Notes under the pieces: generated by a model
Told to the model about the DNA's origin: nothing
Seen by the model: the letters and a program-made list of their open reading frames with translations, nothing else
Databases searched by the model: none
Part shown: positions 17,109 to 26,701 of the stretch, piece after piece
Layout: each line of letters starts with the position of its first letter
Position numbering within the stretch: position 1 is the first letter of the stretch
Program-made: the position numbers and the translations under genes
IMG/VR virus record: IMGVR_UViG_3300049143_000040
Span: 1 to 44,036 of that record
Reading direction: 5' to 3' (one strand)
Origin: a virus
Lineage: Duplodnaviria > Caudoviricetes
DNA: 44,036 nucleotides

Positions 17109-17722
17109 CGAACCTCCCCCGCTTCGCCCTGTCTGCCGAGATCGGAAGCACTCACTTCTTCCGCTCACCCATCCTCAACCATGAGCCTCCGGAGACCTTC
17201 GAAGGCCTCACATGGTTCGTGGTCATCACCAGCCCGAAAGGCGAGCGCAAGGCGCAACTCGGCCTCCGTCGGGCCGGGTATCAGACCTATCTCCCCCAGA
17301 CCAAGCGCTGGGTTGTCCATGCCCGCAAGAAGGAGGAACGGGAAAGCCCGCTCTTCCCGCGGTATCTGTTCATTGGCCTCCGCTCGGATCAGGACTTCTG
17401 GAAGATGCAGGGCGTGGATGGGGCCGAGGGTGTTGTCCGCTTCGATGGCGCCGCTGTGCGCGTCCCCGGCAGCCTTCTCGCCCGCATCCTCGAGCGGGAA
17501 GCATCCGGCGAGTTCGACTTCACCCGCCTGCCGGAAACAGGGCCCGAATACGCCCCCGGCGAGATGGTTCGTCTCAGCAAGGGCGCTCTTGCCGGCATGG
17601 TGGCCGAGGTCTCTGCCATGCTCTCCAAGGGCAGGGTCGAGGTCTTGGTCTCGTTCATGGGCAACATCACCCGGGCCAAGATGCAGGCGACCGAGGTGCA
17701 ACGGTTGGAGGCTGCGGAATGA
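17105..17722 (+). CDS. NusG-family (RfaH-like) transcription antiterminator
   Basis: NGN: WFVV..P..E......L...G...YLP...PLFPRYLF; KOW: GEMVRLSKGALAG...RVEVLVSFMG. Confidence 0.88.
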   Translation: MTNLPRFALSAEIGSTHFFRSPILNHEPPETFEGLTWFVVITSPKGERKAQLGLRRAGYQTYLPQTKRWVVHARKKEERESPLFPRYLFIGLRSDQDFWKMQGVDGAEGVVRFDGAAVRVPGSLLARILEREASGEFDFTRLPETGPEYAPGEMVRLSKGALAGMVAEVSAMLSKGRVEVLVSFMGNITRAKMQATEVQRLEAAE

Positions 17723-17810
17723 TGGATAGGTTTGGCTTCGTCCTTGCCGTGTATGGCGGGATCATCTTGGTGGTGGGAATGGGGATCGGCACAGTGATAG
17801 GATGGCTTCT

Positions 17811-18020
17811 ATGAGCGAAATACTGGACAGCGATGGCGGGACGGCCGAAGGCCGGATGATGGATGCGGATGATGCCTACATCGCTCGCATTATGGCCATG
17901 ACCCCGGAGGAGTTGCGCGCGCACATCATAGCGGATGGTGGAGATCCTGACGAATACGCGCGTGAGGCGAGAGAGATTTTCGAGAAGGTGAAGGCAGGCC
18001 TCCGACCTGGCAGGGGATAA
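17811..18020 (+). CDS. small phage protein
   Basis: Acidic 69-aa ORF coupled to a small TM ORF at 17719-17814. Confidence 0.55.
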   Translation: MSEILDSDGGTAEGRMMDADDAYIARIMAMTPEELRAHIIADGGDPDEYAREAREIFEKVKAGLRPGRG

Positions 18021-18033
18021 CCCTGCTAGACTC

Positions 18034-18153
18034 TTGAAACCGAACGCCTTTCACGGTAGTTATATCAACACAAGCACTCGGCGGTGATTTTCACCCTGAG
18101 TGCGACAGCCGTTCCCTAGCCCCGCTGTTGAGCCTTGCTCCGGTGGGCTTTTT
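18034..18153 (+). promoter_or_regulatory. putative late promoter, structured leader and intrinsic terminator
   Basis: TTGAAA-17-TAGTTA; hairpin GCACTC..GGTGA TTT TCACC..GAGTGC (18074-18103); hairpin AGCCC...GGGCT + TTTT (18118-18153). Confidence 0.65.
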
Positions 18154-18162
18154 CATGTCCTC

Positions 18163-18942
18163 ATGTCCCAATCCCGCAAGACCTACACCCGAGACGATGA
18201 CGGCTGCCTCATGGTTGAGATCAGCGATAACGTCTATGTCGAATATGAATGGGCCGAACGCTACGGCTATTTGAGGTAGCCATGTCTGAGAGAACAGGCT
18301 TTGTCCTGGCTATCCTGCTTGCTGTTGGATCTATCGCCTTCTTCGTCTGGGTTCTCGCTACTCCGTAGGGCCTCCATGGACATCCTTCGCCGTTTCCTCA
18401 CCCAGACCCTGAGAGAGAACCAGACGGAACTCCAACTCTCCGAGATGCGCAAGAGGCAGGTCTTTATGCTCCATCTCGATAGCCAGGACGCCATGCGCCG
18501 CGAACTGTTGCTCGCATGAGCCGCTATCCCATCCTGGTAGAGGGTTCTGACGGCTGGACCGATTGGGAACGCCCGAACCACGATGATTACAAGCTGGCCT
18601 GCTGCGACTGCTCACTCATCCACCGGATGCAATTCCGGGTCATCAAGGGCCAGGTAGAGTTCAGGGTCTCCCAAGACATGAGGGCCACCGCTGCCAAGCG
18701 AGCCCATAGGAAGAAACGAGAAGGCAATGGCTGAACTCCCCGCAACTGTCGTCCAGATTGAGAAGGCCCGTAATGGCGGGTTCGTTGTTTGGCGTGAAGG
18801 CAGAGCATTGAAGGCAGGGTCTCTTAGGGAATGCCTCGACTTCATCAGCGCTGAGTTTGATCCCCCGCAGTGCAAGCCTCTAGACGCGCAGGCAATTCAA
18901 GAACTGATCCGGAAGCCCGGCAAGGTTGAATGGTCGGCTTAA
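18163..18942 (+). other. small ORFs ahead of the terminase (18163-18279, 18282-18368, 18376-18519, 18516-18734, 18727-18942)
   Basis: Tightly packed; 18516-18734 has a CCDCxLxH Zn-binding motif. Confidence 0.6.
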
Positions 18943-18945
18943 GTT

Positions 18946-19428
18946 ATGCCCGCTCTCGCTAACCCCAAGCACGAACTATTCGCACAGGAACTCGCTAAGG
19001 GCAAAAGCCAGATCGAGGCTCATGAACTGGCTGGCTACAAGCCGCATAGGGGAAACGCTAGTTCACTAGCGCAGGACAAGAGCATTTTAGAGCGTGTGTC
19101 TGAAATCCAGGCTGAGCGCGCTGAAATGGACCGTGAGGCCACAAAACAAGCCACAGAGGCCCTTGCGATCGATAAGCAGTGGGTGATGGCCCGCTTGATC
19201 GACAACGCCACTCAAGCAGCCTCCTTGGAAGACTTCGGCCCGAGCAACAAGGCGCTTGAACTGCTGGGTAAGGAACTCGGCATGTTCATTGACCGGAAAT
19301 CCATCGACGTCAAAAATGATCCAAGGGCACTTACTGACGCCGAGCTCCTCGCCATCGCCGCGGCTCTTGAAGGCGAGGGCAGCGAAGGAGATCCTGACGA
19401 GGAGGGCGATCAGACGGTCGTTCACTGA
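18946..19428 (+). CDS. terS: terminase small subunit
   Basis: L.NPKHELFAQE....AGY...; KALELLGKELGMF. Confidence 0.88.
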   Translation: MPALANPKHELFAQELAKGKSQIEAHELAGYKPHRGNASSLAQDKSILERVSEIQAERAEMDREATKQATEALAIDKQWVMARLIDNATQAASLEDFGPSNKALELLGKELGMFIDRKSIDVKNDPRALTDAELLAIAAALEGEGSEGDPDEEGDQTVVH

Positions 19429-20821
19429 GTTCTGCAGATCGGCAGGCTACGAGCCGGCGCCGCATCATCGGCTGCTCATCAATAGGCTAGAGAAGGTCGC
19501 GGGCGGTCAGATCCCCCGCCTCATGGTGTTCATGCCTCCAGGCAGCGCCAAGAGCACGTACAGCAGCATTCTGTTCCCCGGTTGGTATCTGGCCCAGGAG
19601 AATGCAGGCAACGTCATCGCCGCTTCGCATTCAACGGAGCTCGCCGAGAGGTTCGGGCGAAAGGTCCGGGGGCTGGTCACTGAGAACGCCTTGCGGCTCG
19701 GCTATGGCCTCTCGGCAGACAGCCAGGCGGCCGGACGCTGGGGCACGACGACAGGCAGAGAGTATTTCGCGGCAGGCGTCGGCGTCGGTATCGCGGGTTT
19801 CCGGTCGAAGCTCTCCATTATCGATGACCCGTTCAGGAGCCGACAGGACGCCGACAGCAAGCTGATCCGAGACCGGGTCTGGGACTGGTACAACGACGAC
19901 CTCGACACCCGCCTCGTTCCTGGCGGCTCTGTCGTTCTGGTCATGACCCGCTGGCACGAGGACGACCTCGCCGGCAGGCTGATCGAAAGGATGAACAAGG
20001 GCGGTGAGCGCTGGGAAGTCCTCTCACTGCCAGCCATCGCGGGGCCAAACGATGCTCTTGGCCGCAAGGCTGGCGAATGGCTTTGGGAAGGCGATTATGG
20101 TTATGCCGGACGCCTTCGTGAAAAGAAAGACAACACTGACCCGCGGTCTTGGTCGGCTCTCTATCAGCAAGAGCCCATGCCTGACACGGGCGATTACTTC
20201 AAACGGGAATGGCTGATCCCGGTCGATAGCCTGCCACCGCGTGACAGCGTGCGGGTCTATGGCGGTTCTGACTATGCCGTGACATCGGCTAACGGGGACT
20301 TCACGGTTCACGCTGTTCTTGGCGTGGATTACGACGGCAACCCCTGGCTGTTGGACCTTTGGCGTAAGCAAGCGGCCTCTGATGAGTGGGTCGAAAGTTG
20401 GTGTGATCTGGTTCTGAAGTGGAAGCCGATGGGCTGGGCCGAGGAAACCGGCCAGATCAAGTCAGGCGTTGGCCCGTTTCTCGAGCGCAGGGCCAGAGAG
20501 CGCAAGGCGTACACGGTCAGGGAACAATTCCCGACACGAGGCGACAAGGGCGTCAGGGCCCAATCCTTCCGCGGCTTGATTGCCACGCGAGGGCTTCGGA
20601 TCCCGGCCGCTGCGCCTTGGAGAGCAGATTTTGAGAGCGAGCTGATGCGCTTCCCGGCCGGCGTCCATGATGATCAGGTGGATGCGGTCGGCTTGGTTGG
20701 ACAGCTCCTAGACAAGGTTCTGACGCCTCATAGGCCCGAAGAGCCAAAGAAGCCGCAACCTCGTCGCGACTGGTTCGAAGAGCGCGAGGACGACGACAGC
20801 GACAACTGGAAGACCATTTGA
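19256..20821 (+). CDS. terL: terminase large subunit (start uncertain, inside terS)
   Basis: MPPGSAKS, IIDDP, MTRWHEDD, LYQQEP, HDDQVDA. Confidence 0.93.
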   Translation: MNCWVRNSACSLTGNPSTSKMIQGHLLTPSSSPSPRLLKARAAKEILTRRAIRRSFTEFCRSAGYEPAPHHRLLINRLEKVAGGQIPRLMVFMPPGSAKSTYSSILFPGWYLAQENAGNVIAASHSTELAERFGRKVRGLVTENALRLGYGLSADSQAAGRWGTTTGREYFAAGVGVGIAGFRSKLSIIDDPFRSRQDADSKLIRDRVWDWYNDDLDTRLVPGGSVVLVMTRWHEDDLAGRLIERMNKGGERWEVLSLPAIAGPNDALGRKAGEWLWEGDYGYAGRLREKKDNTDPRSWSALYQQEPMPDTGDYFKREWLIPVDSLPPRDSVRVYGGSDYAVTSANGDFTVHAVLGVDYDGNPWLLDLWRKQAASDEWVESWCDLVLKWKPMGWAEETGQIKSGVGPFLERRARERKAYTVREQFPTRGDKGVRAQSFRGLIATRGLRIPAAAPWRADFESELMRFPAGVHDDQVDAVGLVGQLLDKVLTPHRPEEPKKPQPRRDWFEEREDDDSDNWKTI

Positions 20822-22860
20822 TGGTTTATGGCCCCGTCACAGCAGCGCCCCCGCAGTATGGGCTACAGACGCCCCGTCCTGACCTGAAACAGGCGGCGGG
20901 GACGCTTGCCCTGTCGATGGTCGCTCCTGCCGTGGTCGCAGAGCCCGAGCCTCCGGTGATCGACAAGGCGTTTCATACCCGCCTGGTCGAGGACTTCGAG
21001 GCGGCCGAGGATGCCTCTCGCTCTAATCGGGAGAAGGCCGAGCGGGATATCGACTACTACGACAACAAGCAGCTGACCGAGGAGGAGTTCAGGGCTCTCC
21101 GCAAGCGCGGCCAGCCGCCTGTCACCCTGAACATGATCCGGACCAAGATCGACTTCATGCTCGGTCTGGAGCGGACTCAGCGTACCAAGCCGCGGGCTCT
21201 GCCTCGCACCCGCGTGCACGAGCAGGACGCTGTAGCGGTCGGCGACGCTCTCAAGTTCGTGGTCGAAGATAACCGATACGATCAGACCCGTTCCCGCGTC
21301 TGGAAGGACATTCTGACGGCCGGATGGGGCGGGATTGAGCTCTCGATCGAGGAAGTGGCCCGCAAGGTTCAGGGCGCCCCGTCCATCCGGATTATCGGGC
21401 GCCGTTGCCCTTGGGATCGGATGTTCTGGGATCCGTTCTGCGCCGAAGACGACTTTTCGGATGCTCAGTATCTCGGCATGGTCCTTTGGATGGACCGCTC
21501 TGAGGCTGTCCGCCTCTATGGCGCCGAGGCCGGCAAGGTCTTTGACGAGACGGTTGAGGGCGCGGCTGTTGGCGGCACGTTCGATGACAAGCCGAAGCTG
21601 ACGACCTGGGTTCAGATGGGCAAGCGGCAACGTGTCCGCATTGTTCAGATGTATCGCCTCTCGGATGAAACCGGCGAGTGGGAATATTGGGAGTTCACGA
21701 AGGGCGGCATTCTGAAGGGCGGCCCGTCGCCTTGGATGGATGAGGACGGCCGCCGCGTTCACGCTTATGAGTGGACCTCGGCCTATGTCGATCGCGATAA
21801 CAACCGCTATGGCGTTGTGCGCGATATGATCGACCCGCAAGACGAGATCAACAAGCGCCGTTCCAAGGCCCTGCATCACTACACGACCCGGCAGACGTAC
21901 GGCAACAGCAATGCGCTCGGCTCTGGCAATGTCCGTGACCTGAAGAGCAACCTGAATCGGCCGGATGGGCACATTCAGCTTGAGGGCCTGGCCGAGTTCG
22001 GGAAAGACTTCGGCATCATCCCGACCAATGACATGGCGCAGGGGCATTCCGAGCTCTTGGCCCACGTCATGGGCGTGTTCCAGAACATGGGGCCGAACGC
22101 TGCCATGCAGGGCAAGGGGCCTCAATCGGCCTCCGGTCGTGCGGTGCTGGCCAATCAGCAGGGCGGGGCGATTGCCCTCGGCCCACTGACCGACAATCTG
22201 CGGGACATGGACCATCGCGCCTATCGCAAGATGTGGAACGCCATTCGGCAGTTCTGGACGGGTGAAACCTGGGTTCGTGTCACTGATGACGAGAAGAACC
22301 TCAAGTGGGTTGGCCTCAACACCCCGCAGATGGTGCCGCTCATGCAGCCGGTGCTCATGGAGAATGGCCAACTTGGGCAGCAGCCGGCAATCGGCCCTGA
22401 CGGTCAGCCGCTCATGCAGCCTGTCATTGACCCGATGACCGGCCAGCCGATCCTGCAGAACGTCATTTCCGAGGTGGATGTCGATATCTTCATCGATGAC
22501 GCTCCGGACATGGGCACGATGCTTGATGAGCAGTTTGAGAAGCTGACGATGCTCAAGCAGATGGATGTGAACAACGAAATCCCGTTTGCCACGATCATCG
22601 AAGCCTTCCCGGGCCTCCGCAACAAAGACCGCATGCTCGAGCAGATGCGTGAGCGTCAGGAGCAGATGGCTCAGCAGGCCGAACAACAGGCGCCCATTCG
22701 GCAGGCAGCGGCCGAGAGCGAGATTGAGAACAAGCAGGCTGACACAGCACAGAAGCTGTCCACGGCCAGCAAGAACGAAGCCCAGGCGGCAGAGGCAGCG
22801 GCACGCGCTGCCCAGCCGCTCATGGGCATGGTGCCGGGTGGCTATCCTCCGGCCTTCTAA
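20821..22860 (+). CDS. portal protein (P22-like)
   Basis: 680 aa directly after terL; DYYD..Q, YGVVRDMIDPQDEINKRRSK, SGRA motifs; Gln-rich C-terminus. Confidence 0.9.
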   Translation: MVYGPVTAAPPQYGLQTPRPDLKQAAGTLALSMVAPAVVAEPEPPVIDKAFHTRLVEDFEAAEDASRSNREKAERDIDYYDNKQLTEEEFRALRKRGQPPVTLNMIRTKIDFMLGLERTQRTKPRALPRTRVHEQDAVAVGDALKFVVEDNRYDQTRSRVWKDILTAGWGGIELSIEEVARKVQGAPSIRIIGRRCPWDRMFWDPFCAEDDFSDAQYLGMVLWMDRSEAVRLYGAEAGKVFDETVEGAAVGGTFDDKPKLTTWVQMGKRQRVRIVQMYRLSDETGEWEYWEFTKGGILKGGPSPWMDEDGRRVHAYEWTSAYVDRDNNRYGVVRDMIDPQDEINKRRSKALHHYTTRQTYGNSNALGSGNVRDLKSNLNRPDGHIQLEGLAEFGKDFGIIPTNDMAQGHSELLAHVMGVFQNMGPNAAMQGKGPQSASGRAVLANQQGGAIALGPLTDNLRDMDHRAYRKMWNAIRQFWTGETWVRVTDDEKNLKWVGLNTPQMVPLMQPVLMENGQLGQQPAIGPDGQPLMQPVIDPMTGQPILQNVISEVDVDIFIDDAPDMGTMLDEQFEKLTMLKQMDVNNEIPFATIIEAFPGLRNKDRMLEQMRERQEQMAQQAEQQAPIRQAAAESEIENKQADTAQKLSTASKNEAQAAEAAARAAQPLMGMVPGGYPPAF

Positions 22861-22954
22861 CGAGATCCCTGCCGCCGAGGGTTAACGGGCGACCGCTGTA
22901 GCCGAGCGTTATCGGGCTTCCGTGACGACACACGTACAACAGAGAGAGCATTCC

Positions 22955-23785
22955 ATGGCTGATCTTGAGGAGATCATGGCCGGTGGCGGGCGCACGCCTG
23001 AACCCGAGCCGCAGACGACGCACGAGCAACCGCAGCCTGCCGCCGAGCCGACACCGGTAGAGCCGCAGCAGCAGGAGCCGCAGAACCCCGACGCCAATCC
23101 CAATCCAGATGACGATGCAGACCCAGTAACGGGCCTGCGCAAAGCCCTGGATGCGGAGCGCGGCAAGGGACGGAAGTACAAGGAAACCGTAGAGCATTTT
23201 GAGAACCGCATTGCAGCAATGCAGCAGCAGTTTGACACGCTTCTCACGGTCCTTAAGGCTCAGCAGCGTCCTCAACAGCCTCAACAGGAACAGCCCAAGC
23301 CGGCTGACTTCTGGGAGAACCCCGACGCTTTCCTCGATGAGCGTCTGACCCAGACCGTCAACCCGCTTCAAGCCGAGGTGCAGACCACTCGCGAATTCTA
23401 CTCCCGCCGCTTGGCCGAAAAGGACCATGGGCCGGAGAAGGTTCAAGAGGCCTACAGCGCTCTTGATGCCGCGATTGCACGAGGGGAACTTCCCGGCGAT
23501 GCCGTGAAAGCCTCTCTGCTCAAGTCCATGGATCCCTATGGGGACATCATGAACTGGTATCAGAGCCGCCCGGAAGCCCAGCGCGAGCGCATGCGGGCTG
23601 AACTCATGGCCGAACTTGGCATCCAGCCAGGCCAGCAGCCTGCCGCAGCACCTCAAGCGGAACCCCAACCCGCTACGGCCCCCCAAGCCATGCCGACATC
23701 GTTCGCAGGCCAGCGCAATGCAGGCCCCAGAACGACGCCGCAATGGACAGGGCCGCAACCCCTCTCCGCGATCATGAAAAGGTAA
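22955..23785 (+). CDS. capsid scaffolding protein
   Basis: Between portal and capsid; P/Q/E-rich, coiled coil, DFWENPD. Confidence 0.75.
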   Translation: MADLEEIMAGGGRTPEPEPQTTHEQPQPAAEPTPVEPQQQEPQNPDANPNPDDDADPVTGLRKALDAERGKGRKYKETVEHFENRIAAMQQQFDTLLTVLKAQQRPQQPQQEQPKPADFWENPDAFLDERLTQTVNPLQAEVQTTREFYSRRLAEKDHGPEKVQEAYSALDAAIARGELPGDAVKASLLKSMDPYGDIMNWYQSRPEAQRERMRAELMAELGIQPGQQPAAAPQAEPQPATAPQAMPTSFAGQRNAGPRTTPQWTGPQPLSAIMKR

Positions 23786-23796
23786 GGATCTAGCCC

Positions 23797-24897
23797 ATGG
23801 CTGAGACCCGCGTTAACTCGCACTTGTCGCCCCAGATTTGGGACGATCAGTTCTCGACTGAGTTCTATCAAACAAATCCGTTCTCGGCCTATGCCGGGAC
23901 CGACAGCAATAACGTCATCGTCATGAAGGAAGACTTTGCCTCCAAGCGGGGCAATGGCATTACCTTCGAGTTCATCACCAACCTGAAGCGTGGCACGATC
24001 TTCGACCGCCAGCCGCTGCGGGGGCATGAGGATGTGCTTGGCGAGTATGGGGATAAGGTCTTCTGGCGCATGCGCAAGAAGGGCATCTCCATGCACGAGA
24101 TGGACGAGGATCTCGCGGCGATCGATCTCCGCAAGGCTTCTCGGGCCGCTCTGCGCACCTGGGCTGACGAGGACGTGAAGTGGGAAACCATCGACCGCCT
24201 CGGCGACGTGGGCGCGAACCTCGATGTTCCGTTTCTCACGTCAACGGCTGCGGACAAAAACACCTGGGTCACCAACAACGCTGATCGCGTTCTGTTCGGT
24301 GCCACCCGGGCAAACTACTCCACGACGTTTGCCACTGCGGCCGGCAACGTGGACAGCACCGACGACAAGCTGACCCGCTCGGCCGTGTCCATGCTCAAGC
24401 GCATGGCTCTGACGGCAAGCCCGCGCATCACTCCGATCCGCGTAGAAACCCGCTCCAATCGGCGTTACTTCGTGGCGTTTGCCCATCCCTTCGTGTTCCG
24501 CGATTTCGTCAAGGACTCCGAGGATGTGCAGGCAAAGGTGTCCGTGATCGAGCGGAACGAGGGCATCTTCCTCGGCGGCGATCGTGAGTGGGATGGTGTC
24601 ATTCTCCACGAGGTTGACGACATGCCCATCTATGAGGGCATCGGCAACGGCGGTATTCCGATCTCCCCGGTCTACCTCGTCGGCCAAGAAGCCCTCGGCT
24701 GGGCCATCAAGTCCCGCTACAAGTCCCGCGAGCAGACGGACGATTATGATCAGGTCACGGGCCTGGGCATGATCGGCAAATGGGGCATGAAGAAGCTCGG
24801 TTATTCCAGCCACTTCAACGACGGCACCGGCGATGCGACCGTTTACGGCAAGCAGCGCGGTGTCGTGACTGGCTTCTTCGGCGCGGTGGGCGATTAG
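23797..24897 (+). CDS. major capsid protein (N4-gp56/DUF4043-like)
   Basis: 366 aa, position, G..ITF....L.....L.G.E pattern. Confidence 0.85.
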   Translation: MAETRVNSHLSPQIWDDQFSTEFYQTNPFSAYAGTDSNNVIVMKEDFASKRGNGITFEFITNLKRGTIFDRQPLRGHEDVLGEYGDKVFWRMRKKGISMHEMDEDLAAIDLRKASRAALRTWADEDVKWETIDRLGDVGANLDVPFLTSTAADKNTWVTNNADRVLFGATRANYSTTFATAAGNVDSTDDKLTRSAVSMLKRMALTASPRITPIRVETRSNRRYFVAFAHPFVFRDFVKDSEDVQAKVSVIERNEGIFLGGDREWDGVILHEVDDMPIYEGIGNGGIPISPVYLVGQEALGWAIKSRYKSREQTDDYDQVTGLGMIGKWGMKKLGYSSHFNDGTGDATVYGKQRGVVTGFFGAVGD

Positions 24898-24952
24898 TCT
24901 TGAGTCTCCCATGAATTGAAGTAGACTAGCCAAAGCAAAAAGGGCTGGTCAT

Positions 24953-25468
24953 ATGGACATTATTGGGAGACGTAAAAAGGCTGAGAGCGAGGCAGACCTA
25001 GAATACATTCGGCAAATTCTAGACTACAACCCAGAGACGGGCGATCTAGTCTGGAAGGAAAGAAGATCGCTTCGCGTTAACGCGGGCGATCTGGCCGGGT
25101 TTATTAGGAAATCTGGCTATCGCTTTATCAAGATCGACGGCAGGGGTTTCATGGCCCATCGGCTAGCCTGGGCGCTAGCGCATGGGCGGTGGCCTGCCGA
25201 AGACATCGACCATATCAATGGTCAACCAGCCGATAACCGTCTTGCCAATCTACGGGAAGCTTCGCGATCCCAGAACTGCGCTAACCGCACCAATAGGGGC
25301 GTAGGCAAAAGCGGGATTAAGGGCATCCAGTGGCACAAGGCGAACCAGAAATGGATCGTCGCCGTCGGCAAGAAATACGTCGGCTCATTCTCGAATATCG
25401 AGGACGCTCAGGCTGCCTACAGGCGCGTGGCAGAAGAGCTTTATGGGCAATTCACGCGCCATGACTAG
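24953..25468 (+). CDS. free-standing HNH homing endonuclease (HNH_3 + AP2-like)
   Basis: YNPETG, AHRLAW, IDHING..DNRLANLR...QN..N, SGIKGI.W. Confidence 0.9.
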   Translation: MDIIGRRKKAESEADLEYIRQILDYNPETGDLVWKERRSLRVNAGDLAGFIRKSGYRFIKIDGRGFMAHRLAWALAHGRWPAEDIDHINGQPADNRLANLREASRSQNCANRTNRGVGKSGIKGIQWHKANQKWIVAVGKKYVGSFSNIEDAQAAYRRVAEELYGQFTRHD

Positions 25469-25477
25469 GAGAGAAAA

Positions 25478-25909
25478 TTGGGCGATTATTGGACAAATGC
25501 TGTGCGCCATCCCGAAGATGTCGGGGTCGGCCACATCCGCCGTACCGTTGTAGCCAACGTGGCGGCCCTGACGAGCGGTAACGGCCTGCCGATCGGTGCT
25601 CTCGAGGCGGGCGCTGTCCCGCTCTATGCGCATGTGACCGTGCAGACCGCTTTTAACGGCACGACCCCGGCCCTTGTGGTCGGAACGACTGCCGACGATG
25701 ACGGTTTCGCCGCGGCTGCCGGAACGGCTGTTGATGCGACCGGCTTCAAGGGCAACCTCTCGGGCGCCCTGACCGGCCACCCGCTGGCTGCCAATACCGT
25801 TGTGTATGCCAAGCTGACCGGCACGGGCGTCACCACGGGCAAAGCCATCGTGACGCTTGAGTTCGTCAACAAGCGTGAAGTCGAAGGCATCCCCTTTCCA
25901 CAGAACTGA
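25478..25909 (+). CDS. putative capsid decoration/cement protein
   Basis: TTG start with AGGAGA RBS; Gly/Ala/Thr-rich, VTVQTAFNG..L.VG motif. Confidence 0.65.
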   Translation: MGDYWTNAVRHPEDVGVGHIRRTVVANVAALTSGNGLPIGALEAGAVPLYAHVTVQTAFNGTTPALVVGTTADDDGFAAAAGTAVDATGFKGNLSGALTGHPLAANTVVYAKLTGTGVTTGKAIVTLEFVNKREVEGIPFPQN

Positions 25910-25915
25910 TGAACC

Positions 25916-25947
25916 AAGAGGGGGCTTAACGGCTCCCTCTTCCTTTT
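25916..25947 (+). terminator. intrinsic terminator
   Basis: AAGAGGGGGC-TTAACG-GCTCCCTCTT followed by CCTTTT. Confidence 0.6.
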
Positions 25948-25975
25948 TCGGGGGCTCTGAGAAGGAACAGCCACG

Positions 25976-26317
25976 ATGAAATTCACCTACAATCCCACTG
26001 ACGGCGACAACGATGTGACGACCATCTTCGGCAAGGTTGTCGAGGCCGGCGACTCCGTTGAGATCACCGACGAGCGCCAAATCGAGAAGCTCAAGGGCCA
26101 TCCGGAGTTTCAGTCTTCCAAGTCGCGCACCTCGGCCGAGAGCCAGGAGCGGGCAAAGGAAGATCAGAAGCTCGGGAAGATCCTCGACACCCGCGCCAAG
26201 AAGGCGGCCGACGCTCGCGCCAAGGCCGACGCGGCTGATGCCGAGGCCGATGCCGCCGAGCGTGCCCGCATTCAGGCACAGGCGATTGCCGACGCCCGCG
26301 AAGAGGCCGGCGAGTAA
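25976..26317 (+). CDS. head-module hypothetical protein
   Basis: AAGGA RBS; KLKGHPEF motif. Confidence 0.7.
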   Translation: MKFTYNPTDGDNDVTTIFGKVVEAGDSVEITDERQIEKLKGHPEFQSSKSRTSAESQERAKEDQKLGKILDTRAKKAADARAKADAADAEADAAERARIQAQAIADAREEAGE

Positions 26318-26368
26318 CAACCAGGGGCGGGGCTTCGCGCCCCGTCTTCCTCCTCTCAGGGGCGACAC

Positions 26369-26701
26369 ATGCCAAAGACAAGCACGGAACTGGCGGAAGA
26401 GGCCCTTGGCGTCCTGCAGATGGGGCAGCAGCTCAATCCGGAGGATGTGACCTTCGTTGAGGCCCGCATTGAGCCTCTCGTTGCGCAACTCGGCCTTGAG
26501 GGCTCGGTCTATGTCGGCGATGCCGATGAAATCGATGATGCCTATTTCCTGCCGCTGGCCGAGCGCTTGGCCCTAGAGGTGGCCTCACGCTTCGGGCTTC
26601 AGGTTCCTGACCTCGCCACGAAGGAAGCCGCCAATCAGGTTCTGCGCCGCCTGAACCGCGAGACATGGACCGATTGCCCGGTCAAGGCTGAGTATTTCTA
26701 A
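26369..26701 (+). CDS. head-tail adaptor (P22 gp4 position)
   Basis: Size, position, C-terminal VKAEYF. Confidence 0.6.
   Translation: MPKTSTELAEEALGVLQMGQQLNPEDVTFVEARIEPLVAQLGLEGSVYVGDADEIDDAYFLPLAERLALEVASRFGLQVPDLATKEAANQVLRRLNRETWTDCPVKAEYF

Noticed and set aside
20863-22686. 607-aa minus-strand ORF and similar long antisense ORFs (12930-13664, 22820-23758, 25385-26488, 29193-29942)
   Set aside because: Shadow frames of GC-rich real genes, with no recognisable motifs.
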